Below, one piece after another: positions 1 to 10,886 of a DNA stretch of 64,000 nt. Numbering within the stretch: position 1 is the stretch's first letter; every line of letters starts with the position of its first letter. Made by a program: the position numbers and the translations under genes. The notes under the pieces were generated by a model. The model searched no databases, had not been told where the DNA came from, and saw nothing but the letters and a program-made list of their open reading frames with translations. The DNA comes from Camelus dromedarius (taxonomy: Eukaryota): NCBI RefSeq assembly GCF_036321535.1, contig NC_087441.1, positions 12,462,001-12,526,000 on the forward strand. Reading direction: 5' to 3'.

Positions 1-13
1 AAGAATATCTTAC

Positions 14-212
14 CCCAAAAGTTTTCTGGCCATGGACTCCCTAAACTTGTTGTGTTATTAGCCATAATATCCACAAGGAATAGGAGAGGGAGAAGAAAAC
101 AAGAAAGAAAAGCCAGTATGTCCAAAAGAAGCACTTTGAATTCTATGTCTTTGTGGTTCAGAGAGAGAGAAAAATAATTTTCACACCACCCCTCATATAC
201 TTGTGTTTGCAT
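14..212 (-). CDS. MYCT1: MYCT1 first coding exon (long start at 212; in-frame MANNTT start at 65)
   Basis: My minus-strand translation from ATG at 212 is MQTQVYEGWCENYFSLSLNHKDIEFKVLLLDILAFLSCFLLPLLFLVDIMANNTTSLGSPWPENFW+G, followed by a phase-1 donor G|GTAAGA (GT at 13-12). This matches human MYCT1 as I recall it (MRTQVYEGLCKNYFSL...FLVDIMANNTTSLGSPWPENFWEDL). It is absent from the ORF track because the frame has no stop before the window edge. Confidence 0.95.
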
Positions 213-330
213 AAAAGGAAATAAGTGTATCATGTTTCCTGCTTTTATACTCAAATTAGCAACTGTTTTCCTTATCTTGGAATTCCACATGGTTCCTGAG
301 ACACAAAACAATTTCCTTCTCGTCATTTCC
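211..330 (-). promoter_or_regulatory. MYCT1: MYCT1 proximal promoter with clustered ETS cores and a FOX:ETS-like element
   Basis: ATAAAAGGAAAT at 211-222 (+), AGCAGGAAAC on the minus strand at 234-243, and further TTCC/GGAA cores near 268, 314 and 326, all directly 5' of the MYCT1 ATG. MYCT1 is known as an endothelial ETV2/ETS target. The TSS itself cannot be seen. Confidence 0.6.
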
Positions 331-2569
331 TCGGCTACGTTGCTAAGTGCCCTCCTTTCCACTGTCTCCAAACTGCTTTGGGGATTAGAGGTCCCCTGTC
401 TTGTTCTTTCCTCATCTCCTACAGAGGTACAGAGGAAGATTTCTGACTCTCAGCTACAGCACTTTGGCCTAAATTTATATAGACTAAAGAAATAGACTGC
501 TTTCCCAGGTTTGAAATCTGTATTTACATAGTAAGTTAGGAGGGAAAATTCTTCAGAAATCCATATTCTCTTCCAGTACAATTAATTTTATCTACTACCT
601 ATTCTTTATAAATCTCAGTTACTTACTAAAATTCTTAACAACTCTTGGTCTATTTAGTATATTAATTTTGAAAAGTTATTTCTTTAATTTATAAATATTA
701 ATCTGTAATGTAATTTTGTATTTAATTTTTTATTACAATTGATAGGTGAATATGAGAAAAATCAGTTTCTACGCTGAAGGGTCCTATGGAAAAGCAAACA
801 GGGGAAACATTAATGCCAACATTCGGTTCCAACAGAGGTTAAGGGCTATCATCAGGAGTACATTGATCACAGTGATTTTTGTCTGCTTGGAGAAGTGATG
901 ACCTTGGTACTGAGTATAACAGTTTGAAAACAATTACAGCAAGTGGAGAAAGGGTAATAAGGTAGAAAGAACAACATAAACAGAGAAGATTCATTACAAT
1001 TCACACTGTGGGTATTTGGGTGTGACTATAGTGGCAAGTGTGGACATAGGAAAGAATTACATGAGACTGTTCAGGAAATGTAGGTTAGTTAAAATTTCAA
1101 GAGTCTTTATCTGCAAGCTTTATTAGCTCAGACTGGATCCTCTGAGCACTGGGAAGCCATTGAAAGTAGGAGTAACAGTGCCAGAACGTAATTAATGACT
1201 GCATTAAACTGCATTCAGGGATCTGGTTTCCTCAATCTTCGATTAACTCTAACATTAACTCTTACGTAACTTGCATTCACCTTAATTGTCATCACAGTAT
1301 GATTTAGCGTGAGCAATAAGCATCTTTATGAAGTCAGTGCTATATTCCTGAGAAGCTCTAGGAAACTCTGAAAATCGTTAACATGAAGTTTATCCCATAT
1401 TAATTTTGCAGTCCTAATTCTCCAAAATTAGCTTGTTTCTGCTCATTTTCTTAATTTTGATATATTTATATTAACTGTAAATATATTGGAAATTAAAATA
1501 GACACCTAAAAGAGAATAATGGAATGTTACAGGAAATTTAGAGATTTCGCAGAGAAAATATGAAAACTCATCTTTATAATGTTCTTGCTAAAGTTTATTT
1601 CCATATACTCGACTATCATACTCATCTTTTTGCTTAAGAAAAAAAAGGGGGGTTCATATTTTAATAGTTATCTTTACTTTTCAATATTTTTGACAGAATT
1701 TATAAAAATAGAAAAGTAAAAGGCCACCTGATTTCTGAAACAACATAATCTGGATGAAAATATATTGAAATGCTTCTAAATTCTTCAGTTATTCATCAAT
1801 TATTATATATATTTTAAGTATACAATTTGTATTATTACAGGCTACCTGATTCAATAGATACTCATTTCAAAAATGGACACATTTTTGTAAAGAGTTATAT
1901 AGAGTGCATTTGACCCAAAACAGCAAACCAGATGAGCAAAGAGGATGAGTCTGGCTTGGTCGAAATGTCTTTGGTGCAGAAGCCAAGCTCCATCCATCTC
2001 AGGGTTGGGACGCGGGCTGAGACTTCCTTTCATTGTTTCATGTTCTATCACCTAGATTTTCTCGCAGTTTTCACTTCTGCAGATGTTCAGAACTCAGTCA
2101 AAGCCCTGAAGAAAATGTGTTTTCTATCACTTGCTGACCTAGGAATATTTTTCTTTTCTGTGAAGAGCTTCTTAGTAGCATTTGTTCTTGTCTGTCCATG
2201 TAATTTGCTGGGTAAAGGATTCCTATTTCCTCTGGCGGAGATCCACACACGTGAGCGCTTCTGTCTGTGTGATTTTCAGGTCCCACGACTTGCCGTGCCG
2301 AAACAGGAAGTTGATTTTTATCTTTAAAGAAGATGTGAGGTCTGTTCTTCTGCTGTTCATTATTCCACAAGTTATGTCTTCAGATCTGTATTCTCCAATA
2401 GTCATAAGGTATATTAAAAGGTTGTTCTTTCCTCAGAGAGACAGTCACAGGCCTTACGTTCCTCCTTCATTTAGGTCCCTGCCTCCTCACCAGGCATTCC
2501 CTACTCACCTCGTCTTAAGTGTTCCCATTTGAACTCCTCTCTCCCCTGACCCTGCGTTATCTTTTCTTC

Positions 2570-2810
2570 AGAGCACTTCTCACTTCCTGACCTTATGCTG
2601 TGAATGCTTTGCTTCCCCGGTTGTTTTTGGTCTCTTCCACCACAGATTTAAGTTCCCTGAGGACAGGAATGTTATTGACCTTGCTCTTGTCTGTAAATCC
2701 TGTGGCTAATATAGTGCTTTTAATGACATTTGCTAATGTTATTAATAATAACACAACAGGCTCTTAATAGTAGGCTCGTAGTAAATATGTATTCAATAAG
2801 GGAATGAAAT
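2570..2810 (+). mobile_element. L2 LINE 3' end, degenerate
   Basis: Typical L2 tail: ...aagttccctgaggacaggaat...tagtaggctcgtagtaaatatgtattcaataagggaatgaa. Confidence 0.6.
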
Positions 2811-2836
2811 AATCCCAAGGGATCTGAGGATAAAAG

Positions 2837-3502
2837 TGTTACTGAACCTGGTTTATTTGCTTGACTTGCAGCGAGGCAAAGGCTGAGATTTGCAGTGGAG
2901 GGGAGTTTTATTTACAAGGCAGTCAAGCAAGTAGATGGGAGAACAAATCTCAGATCCACCGCCCCGGAGGTAAGGGGCTCGGGATACCTATGGGTGAGGA
3001 GTATAGGGTGGTCAGAGGCACAGGGGAAGGTGACTGGAGGCAGGAAAAAGGTGAGGTAATCGCTGCTCTGCGCAGGCGTAACTGAGTTACACGCTTCTTC
3101 ATGGGACGCATGTTCAGAAAATGGTAGCATTGGCGTGATCAGAGGGTGGAGTTTGGGCGTCAAAAAGTCATCCACTGGATACGCAGATCCAGCTGAATGG
3201 GCAGTGGTTTCAACCAATTTGAGCTGGGCAAGAACTGGCTCCAAGTTTCTGGAAAACAATTTAGGCAGCCGTTACTATGGTGACCCATACGTCAGAGGCG
3301 TTATCTATAGGGGTTGGTTAAAGGAGTCTTGTGATATATTGTCTAAACTTGGAGAATATTCAACTTGCAGGAACAATTAAAGTGAACTCGATCAGTGAAA
3401 GCAGTTACAATTTACTATTTATTAGACAAGCAAGTTATAGCTTAATGAATCTAAGCCCCAGTTTCAAAAGTATTTTGGACAACCCAAGTCAGGTTAATAA
3501 CA
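2837..3502 (-). mobile_element. ERV1-class solo LTR
   Basis: TG...CA termini with an imperfect inverted repeat (tgttactgaacct / aggttaataaca) and ERV1-LTR-like interior. TSD is ambiguous and the strand is inferred. Confidence 0.65.
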
Positions 3503-4549
3503 ATGTCACCACTTAAAAACAAAAGTGAAAAATCTCTATGAATAGGCATTCAGTATTTTTAAAGTTTGACTTTTAACTTGATACAAATTCAAGCGATACA
3601 AAGAACACTGTTATGCTTAGAAGAAGATACACATTTGACTTTAAACTTCCCTTTTTTAGCTTTATCTTTTAACACTTTCATGGGTTTTATCTACCCCATA
3701 TTAAATTGATCCAAACAATTTAGCTAAATTGAGAGAACTCTCAGAACATGTAAGAATTACCCACAAAAACTGAAATTTTATATCAATTTAAAAAATCAAG
3801 TTTCTAAAAAGTAACTTGAAAGATAAATTAAAATGTAAACATTTTAGCATACTGATGCCTTTTTTCTTGTTTACACAGTATGAGATTTGGTCTCTTTTTT
3901 TCCTTTTTCCTTAAATCATTCCTTTTGGTGGGGAGTGACAAAAGTAAGAGAGATCAAAATAGAAGTCAGGTTCTATGTGTGAAAATCTTACTGCTGGGAT
4001 TTAAGATTTTTACAAACTGTAGTGGAGATCAAGATAATTTCCTGGCATTGCAGTGGAGGGTGGTATTTTTTTCCTAAGTAAATATGTCTTTGTGACTTCG
4101 TTAAGAGATAATCACATTAGAGGGAGGAGTGCACTGGGGCTGATCAGTGAGGGGCAGGGCAGAGCCCCGGGGTCAGAACCCTGGACCTGATGCTCGTCCT
4201 GAGGATGGCTGTCAGAATGCTGCTCAGTCACCTGCAACTAGACAAGAAGAAATTCTCCTGCAAAAGAAGATTTGCTTACCTTGCCTTGTCTCAGGGAGAC
4301 AGGGGAAGAAAACTTGGCTCCTCTGAGAATTCCTAATAAAATCATGTGCTCACTTATGTTAGGGGCCTGAATTCATAGTCCCAGGAACATCAAGTTGAAA
4401 ATGTACAGTATTTAGCCATGTTAGCAGTAACCAACACACCTAGAGAAAGCAGACTTTCTAAAGGAACACACTTTAAACTAGAATCTCGAAGAATTTCCAG
4501 AAAGAAATTCTAAGAAACAAGGGCTTACTATAAAAAAAAAAAAAATCAA

Positions 4550-4990
4550 TAGGCAATCTGGTAAGCGAAATTCCCCTCCTCCCAAAGATGTCTACCTCCT
4601 AATCCCTGAATCTGTGAATGTCACATTACATGACAAAAGGGATTTTGCAGATGAAATTAAGGGAGATTATCTTGGATTATGTGAGTGGGTCTAATGTAAT
4701 AATGTAGATTTTTAAAAACAGAGAACTTTCTCTGCCTGGAGTCAGACAGATGTGGTGAAAAGGGGCAGGAGTGATGTTGCCAAGAGGAAGCCAGAGAGAT
4801 CCCAGACTAAGAAGGATGTAACATGTTGTTGCTGGTTCTAAAATGTAGGTATCGCGTGCAAGGACCAGAGAGAGGCTTCTAGGAGCCAAGGGCAGCCGTC
4901 AGCTGACAGCCAGCAATGAGCTGTGGAGTGGTGGCTAATGACATAGGGCAGAAGACACAAGACGAGTTTCTGTCTTGCCAAACCTCAGAG
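4550..4990 (+). mobile_element. MaLR LTR, MLT1 family
   Basis: cccaaagatgtctacctcctaatccctgaatctgtgaatg...gattttgcagatgaaattaag...ccagctgacagccagc is a characteristic MLT1 layout. Confidence 0.75.
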
Positions 4991-5339
4991 AGTCTTGGAT
5001 GTGAAAATGCCTGGTTTGAGTAAGAGTATGAGAGGTGTGGGAATGAAAAGAAGTTGATCGACTTCACTGCACAGTCCACTGCTGTTCCACCCCCACCCCT
5101 TCCAGATCCTCAGAAGAGCACCTGACAGCCAGATAAACAGGTATTTCCTGTATCACCTTCCAATTCCCACTCCTCCCTCACCACTCCCCACTCCTCCCTC
5201 CTACAAAAATGTGGTTTTCTTTCTAAAGAGATTCGCTGAAGTTTCTGGGGAAAATTAGAGCACCAGGTCTGGGAGTCCATATTTCAGAGCAAAGCCCGTG
5301 AACCCCAACAGTTATGGGATTTCAGAGCTACAGCCATCT

Positions 5340-6373
5340 TGTCACCCATGAACTGGGTCCACCTCTCAGTGGGTGTCAAGACAAAAGGCAAACTAAAGCA
5401 AAGAGTGGGAGAAGAAAGGATTTATTATTTGCAGCAAGAGAACACTGGGGATCTTTCCCAAAGCAGGGTCCCCCCAAACAGCAAAACTGGGGAAGTTTTA
5501 AGCTAAGGGTATGTTGACTGAAATAAATGCACAGCCTAAAAGTTGAGAGTTATGTTTTATTCAGCAGGAGGACCCGAGCCAGGATGACAGCCTCTCAGGT
5601 CGCTCTGAGGGACTGCTCTGAAGAGGCAGGGGAGGAGCTAGGATATATAGGAGCTTTACAACAAAGACCAGGTAGCTGGAATAATAAAAGATTACTTATT
5701 ACCTAAAGAAAACCAGGCATCTCAAGTTAAAGAATTCAGTGCTTTTCTATGTATGGGAGGAAGCAAACATTTGGGCTCATTGAATTCATTCCTTTGACAA
5801 GCACCTAGCCATCTAGGGCCAGTATCCTGTCCTTTCTTATTCTGACTCCCCTCAGGGTGCACCATTGTGAGTGGCTGCAGAGGCCAGGCTGCAGGCTTGT
5901 CTTCTCTGGTGGGTGGCGGCAGTGGCTGATGACATGATGGCTTCAGAATTCTTTGTTTACTGACATGGTTTGCAGTATTTTTCATTCACAGGTATATGGG
6001 TATTCAGGCTTAGGCAGCCAACAGAGTCCAAGTTTTAGTTGACTGAAGTCACAATAGTCAATAAAGGTCGACATGATCGTCCCTCAGGCTCCAGTTGATC
6101 TGGTGGTTGAGCGCTTCAGGCTAATCTTTCTCACTGAGACAGAACTGGGAGCCTTTACAACTGATCGTCTTTGCTACTTCAACTTCTTTTGCCTGATAAC
6201 AATCATTTGTTTCTGTGTTCTTTTGTTTTCCTAAGGTCATTAATTACGGAGGGCAAGCGTTGTGGCCAGGCTTAGAAGACAAAATGGCTCAGGTTAAAAA
6301 TGGCTTCTCTTCTGTCAAGAAAGCCATGCCTGGTTCTCTTTTCTCCAGGGACCCCCTACTCTATCTGCTTACA
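5340..6373 (-). mobile_element. ERV1-class solo LTR (outer), interrupted by a younger LTR
   Basis: Starts TGTCACCC at 5340 and ends TTACA at 6373. Flanked by a 4-bp TSD ATCT (5336-5339 and 6374-6377). Strand inferred. Confidence 0.75.
5512..5990 (-). mobile_element. ERV1-class solo LTR (inner, nested)
   Basis: Starts TGTTGACTG at 5512 and ends TTCACA at 5990, with an exact 4-bp TSD GGTA (5508-5511 and 5991-5994). Strand inferred. Confidence 0.8.
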
Positions 6374-6668
6374 ATCTCTGCATCTACTCATAGTCAAGCA
6401 AAAACTCCATCTGCAAAATGGGAATTCTAGCATCAGGCATGTATGGTTATGGTAAGAATTAAATAAGGGAATAGTCATGAACGGAGCTTCAAAAATGTGA
6501 TAAGCTACGCAAATTTAATTTAAAATTTTGTGTTGATTGATCAATTAAAAACCCCATAACTCTACAAAGTGTAATAGGTTATGTAAGTTTTGGCAAATAA
6601 AAATGCAAGGCTTGGTTAATAAAAAGTGTTAAATCTGTTAAATTAATTTAACAAGAACACCATTAGAC

Positions 6669-6985
6669 TGAGAGAGCTTTAATGTTATAGTAACCTATAT
6701 AAACAAACCAAAACCTAACCTTGAAAAGTCTCAAGGTTAAGAAATCAAAACCCAGCCCATCACAAACAGCTATGCTTCTCCAAATGAGGCAAATGTTTAA
6801 GCTTAGCCAATCAAACAATTTCCTTGCTTTGCTCCCACCTCTTCTCTATAAAAGTCTTTCCCCTGGCCCTTATGGGTGATGCAGAGGACACCTAACCTCT
6901 TCTGGTTTGGCCCTGCTCAATTTGAATAGCTTTTCCTCAAATAAACTCTTAAAGTTGTTAATATGCCTCAGTTTATGTTTTAACA
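6669..6985 (+). mobile_element. ERV1-class LTR fragment (MER34/MER39-like)
   Basis: CCAAT, TATAAAA and AATAAA in U3-R order, ending tttaaca. The 5' boundary is approximate. Confidence 0.6.
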
Positions 6986-9647
6986 AATCTAAGGAGGAAA
7001 GAACAAAATGGAGAGCAGGGCTAAAGACTGTGTGTAGGGGGCCTGGGGTGTGGTGTAGAGATGATTAAGGCACCACCTGCTGCAGGCTTGTCTTCCCCAC
7101 CAAGCACCCACCTTCTGCCCCTTCTGCCCTGGTTCAGGTTTTCTCTTGGTCACAAGCACTCAGTAGTCTTACATTCCACTGGGACCCCGAGTCAGAAGTT
7201 CATCTGCCCAGATTCTCTCTGTTCTTGTCTGCCATGACATCAAGGCAGTCGCTGAAGTTATGGCCAGGAAGCTCATTCCAGCTCTCAAATAATTGGAACA
7301 TTGAAAACGGCTCTCTCCAGAATGAGGGGGGTAAGCATTCTCTTTGCTTTTCCCCTTCCATAATCTCCTCCTCCCAACCGCCCCCACCCTGGTCTAGACT
7401 TTCTTGTCAACATTCAAGTACTAAAAGAGTCACTTTGTCACCTTGACCAAGTCATTTAACTACAATGAGCCTTTTTCTCTAGCTTGTACGATGAGATCCA
7501 ACAATGTAACCCAGAGCCTGCATACCGAAGCTCTGCCCTGAAAGCTTGTCTTACCTGATACTCAGTTGTCCAAGGCCAAAGGCAAGAGAGCTTCAATTTT
7601 ATCTTTCAAATCATTTCTAGCTTGATAGGTTGGAAATTGAATTTTCTGTTGCCTGTCATGGATAGCAGTGTTTTACCTCCTTGATCGTTTGCCTGCTGAT
7701 TTCCTTCTTTCATTTTTTCCGCTCTTTCCTGGGTCTCTGAACTTCAATTCCTTCATGTGTTGATTGAGGTGATAACACTCATCCCAGAACTGAAGAGTGA
7801 TTTAATGAAAGGACTCTTGTCAAGCATTTAGATCCCGAGATAAATATACGGTAAGTATAATCAGTGCCTAACTTATACAAGCCCTGTTCTTACTGTCTTA
7901 TAAAATGACTTGGATTTTAGCTAATTTTATGATGATAATCTCCTAGTTATGGTGACTTCTTATTATGAGTTCCTATTTTTCAAATGTCAGACTATTCACC
8001 TAAGAAGATACTAAAATAAAGTTAAAATGAAACAGCAGTAGTGAACTTCAACAGGACTGAAATGGGTTTATTAAATATCTAAATACATATTTTAGTAGAA
8101 ATGATGTTTATATTAAATAACAAAAAAATGACTAGTGGAAATGGAAAAGGAAAACAGTAAAACAATGGTGGTATTTTTCAGTGAATATTAAATCTTGAAC
8201 ATAATTTATTGTTGTTTCGTACATGTAACAGTGGCATGATTTTATAACTTTGAATAATTTAAAATAAATTTTACCTTGAAAAAATGTACTTAAAGAATAA
8301 AGGAGAAAGCTAGTTTGAGTTTTCCCACAGGTGGAAAAAATATCTCTATCATCACATCTACTTGTTTCAAGGGAATTCATGACACATAGAAGTTCATGGT
8401 GAACCAGCTCAAATGAACTGTTCAGATATAAAATATTCTCAAAAGTGTTCTCTACCAAATGTACTTTTTGGTTATAGATAAAATGCTATCTAAGCTTTGA
8501 AATGGTGTTATTATATTAACAGAAATATAATACTCTAAATAACTAAGTTTTTTTTCTCTGACTTTTTTGCTTCCACCAGCTTTTTCCCTTATCACTTATA
8601 CGTCATTAAAATTTTGAAAACAAAAAGCAAGCTAACACTGGAGTAGCTGTTTTCAAGTTTCATTAAAGGCTCGTTTCCTCTAACTTGGTTCACACCCTAA
8701 GGGAAGAATTCCAGAGAGGGAGACAGTAGAGAAATGTCCTTGATAAATCTATGTATAATCTGTGGAATTGCATTCCACTGGGAGTGATTTTTTTTATCAT
8801 GCACAGTTTACATTAGTGGATAACAAATGCCTATACACGCAAAGTTCTCGATGCCCAAATTCTTTCATTTTTTATTTTTTTTTACCAGAGAGTGTGTTAG
8901 ACAATCCGAAGTACAAACTTATCCTTGAAACAATTTTGTTTGCTCATTACTGTACCTTGAAAGCCCTTATCAAGAGAACTTTAGATGTATTCCATGTAAG
9001 GAATAGATACACTCTCCAAAAGATAATTACAATCTTTTTTTAATAAAATACGAGAGTTCATTATAGGAAGCTTTAGAGGATAAATCTTGGTAAAATGGTG
9101 ACTCATTTTATAATATAAAAGAATCAAACAACACATGATTATTTTAAAAACAATGTAGATAGGTATTATGTGGGTCCATATTACATGTTTACATTATTTT
9201 GTTTTTATTTATTTCAAACAGACTTCATTGTGTGTTTTACTTTGTTAAACAGATATATTTGGGGAAGAACATCTTTTTAAAAAGTTATGTGAATAACATC
9301 TTACCCCCAATTCAGTCTGAGGGTTTTAAAATTTTTGGTACGTACGTTACATGACATTGAGACGATGCCCCACAACGCAGGGGTGCAACCTTGGCCTCTT
9401 TGCACCGCAAATACTATGGAGAGCAGCCAAGGACACTATGGAGTTAAAAAAGAAAACAAAAGACACTGTGGATTAGGGGTGTTAAAGGAAAACCTTACAT
9501 TACACATTGAAGATAATTAAGTCTTAATTAAAGACAAAAGTGTTAAGTTTTTAACATTCATTGAAAAGAAGCTAAGCAAGAGAAAAGATACATTGTGAGG
9601 CTGTAACATTGCTTTTAGAAATTAACTTTTAAAAACAATTTCCACTA

Positions 9648-10146
9648 CACTCAGCCATAAAAAATGATAAAGTAGTGCCATTTGCAGCAACATGGATGGC
9701 CCTGAAGAATGTCATTCTAAGTGAAGTAAGCCAGAAAAAGAAAAATACCATATGACATTACTCATATGTGGAATCTTAAAAAAAAAAAAAAAAAAAAAAA
9801 GACAGGTAAATTTATATATAAAAGAGAAACTGACTCACTGACATAGAATACAGACTTGTGGTTGCCGGAGGGGAAGTGAGTGGGAAGGGATAAACTGGGA
9901 GTTCAAGATTTGCAGATACTGACAGATATGTGTAAGACAGATAAACAAGTTTATACTGTATAGCACAGGGAAAGATATTCAATATTTTGTAATAGCTTAT
10001 GGTGAAAAAGAATAAGAAAATGAATATATGTATATTCATATATGACTGAAGCATTGTGCTGTACACCAGAAATTGACACAACATCATAAACTGACAATAC
10101 CTCAATTAAAAAAAATAAATAAATACACAAATAAATAAATAAATAT
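9648..10146 (+). mobile_element. 5'-truncated L1 (ORF2 end, 3'UTR and A-rich tail)
   Basis: ctcagccataaaaaa...gcagcaacatggatgg...gtgaagtaagccaga...gctgtacaccagaaattgacacaac followed by an AT-rich tail. TSD AATTTCCACTA at 9637-9647 and 10147-10157. Confidence 0.9.
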
Positions 10147-10319
10147 AATTTCCACTAACACCCACTGCCATGAGCAATCAGAGACTCAAATAATTTATTT
10201 TGCCCTTCTCATAGTGATTTCAAAGTGACCAAATGGAACAGAAAAGCCTAAAAGTGGGCAAAGGATGCTGTAAAACCAGTACAATAGGAAACAATTGCAG
10301 GAAACCTTGTACGTTTTAT

Positions 10320-10526
10320 AACCACCCTATCCAATATGGTAACCAAACTTGGCTATTTAAAACTAAATTTAAAATACTTAAGATTAAATTAAATTAGAAA
10401 TTTAGTTTACCAGTCACACTGGTCACATTTCATGTGCTTAAGCTACTTGTGGCCAGTGGCTGCCATACTGGGTACCACAGGTCCAGATTTCCATCATCAC
10501 AGAAAGCTTCATTAGACCATGCTGTC
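10320..10526. mobile_element. MER3-like hAT-Charlie DNA transposon
   Basis: tccaatatggtaacca...gtcacactggtcacatttcatgtgctt...tgtggccagtggctgccatact...tccatcatcacagaaagc. Confidence 0.7.
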
Positions 10527-10810
10527 CTATAATTACCAGAGTTGGAAAAGGCATCCATGAATTTGGATTATTTTTAAATGTCTTTAGGGTTATTCAGATT
10601 TTATAAGGTCATGAGAGATAGCAGAAATACGCTTCTACTATTTAGGCTTCTACTAAACCTGGTTTTAAAGGTTATATAATCTCATGAAAAGAACACAAAA
10701 TTTGGTCTCAAGTTCTGGGTTCTAACCCTACCTCTGCCGAGTGACGTTGGATATATTATTTTTAGTTCCTGAGCCTCTGTTCCTTCATTTGCATAACACA
10801 ATACTTACCT

Positions 10811-10886
10811 CATAACTTTATAAAAATTAGAAATCATATATGGAAAGTCATAACTTTATAAAAATTAGAAATTATATATGGAAAGT
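10811..10886. repeat. 38-bp tandem duplication inside a MIR
   Basis: cataactttataaaaattagaaat(c/t)atatatggaaagt, two copies with one mismatch. Confidence 0.9.

Noticed and set aside
1932-2532. 131-aa and 116-aa ORFs as a gene or processed pseudogene
   Set aside because: No recognisable protein similarity, poly(A) tail or TSD; better explained as regulatory DNA.
4274-4283. Minus-strand consensus donor CAAG|GTAAGC as an upstream MYCT1 exon
   Set aside because: A lone donor with no supporting promoter or acceptor partner, within chance expectation for 64 kb.
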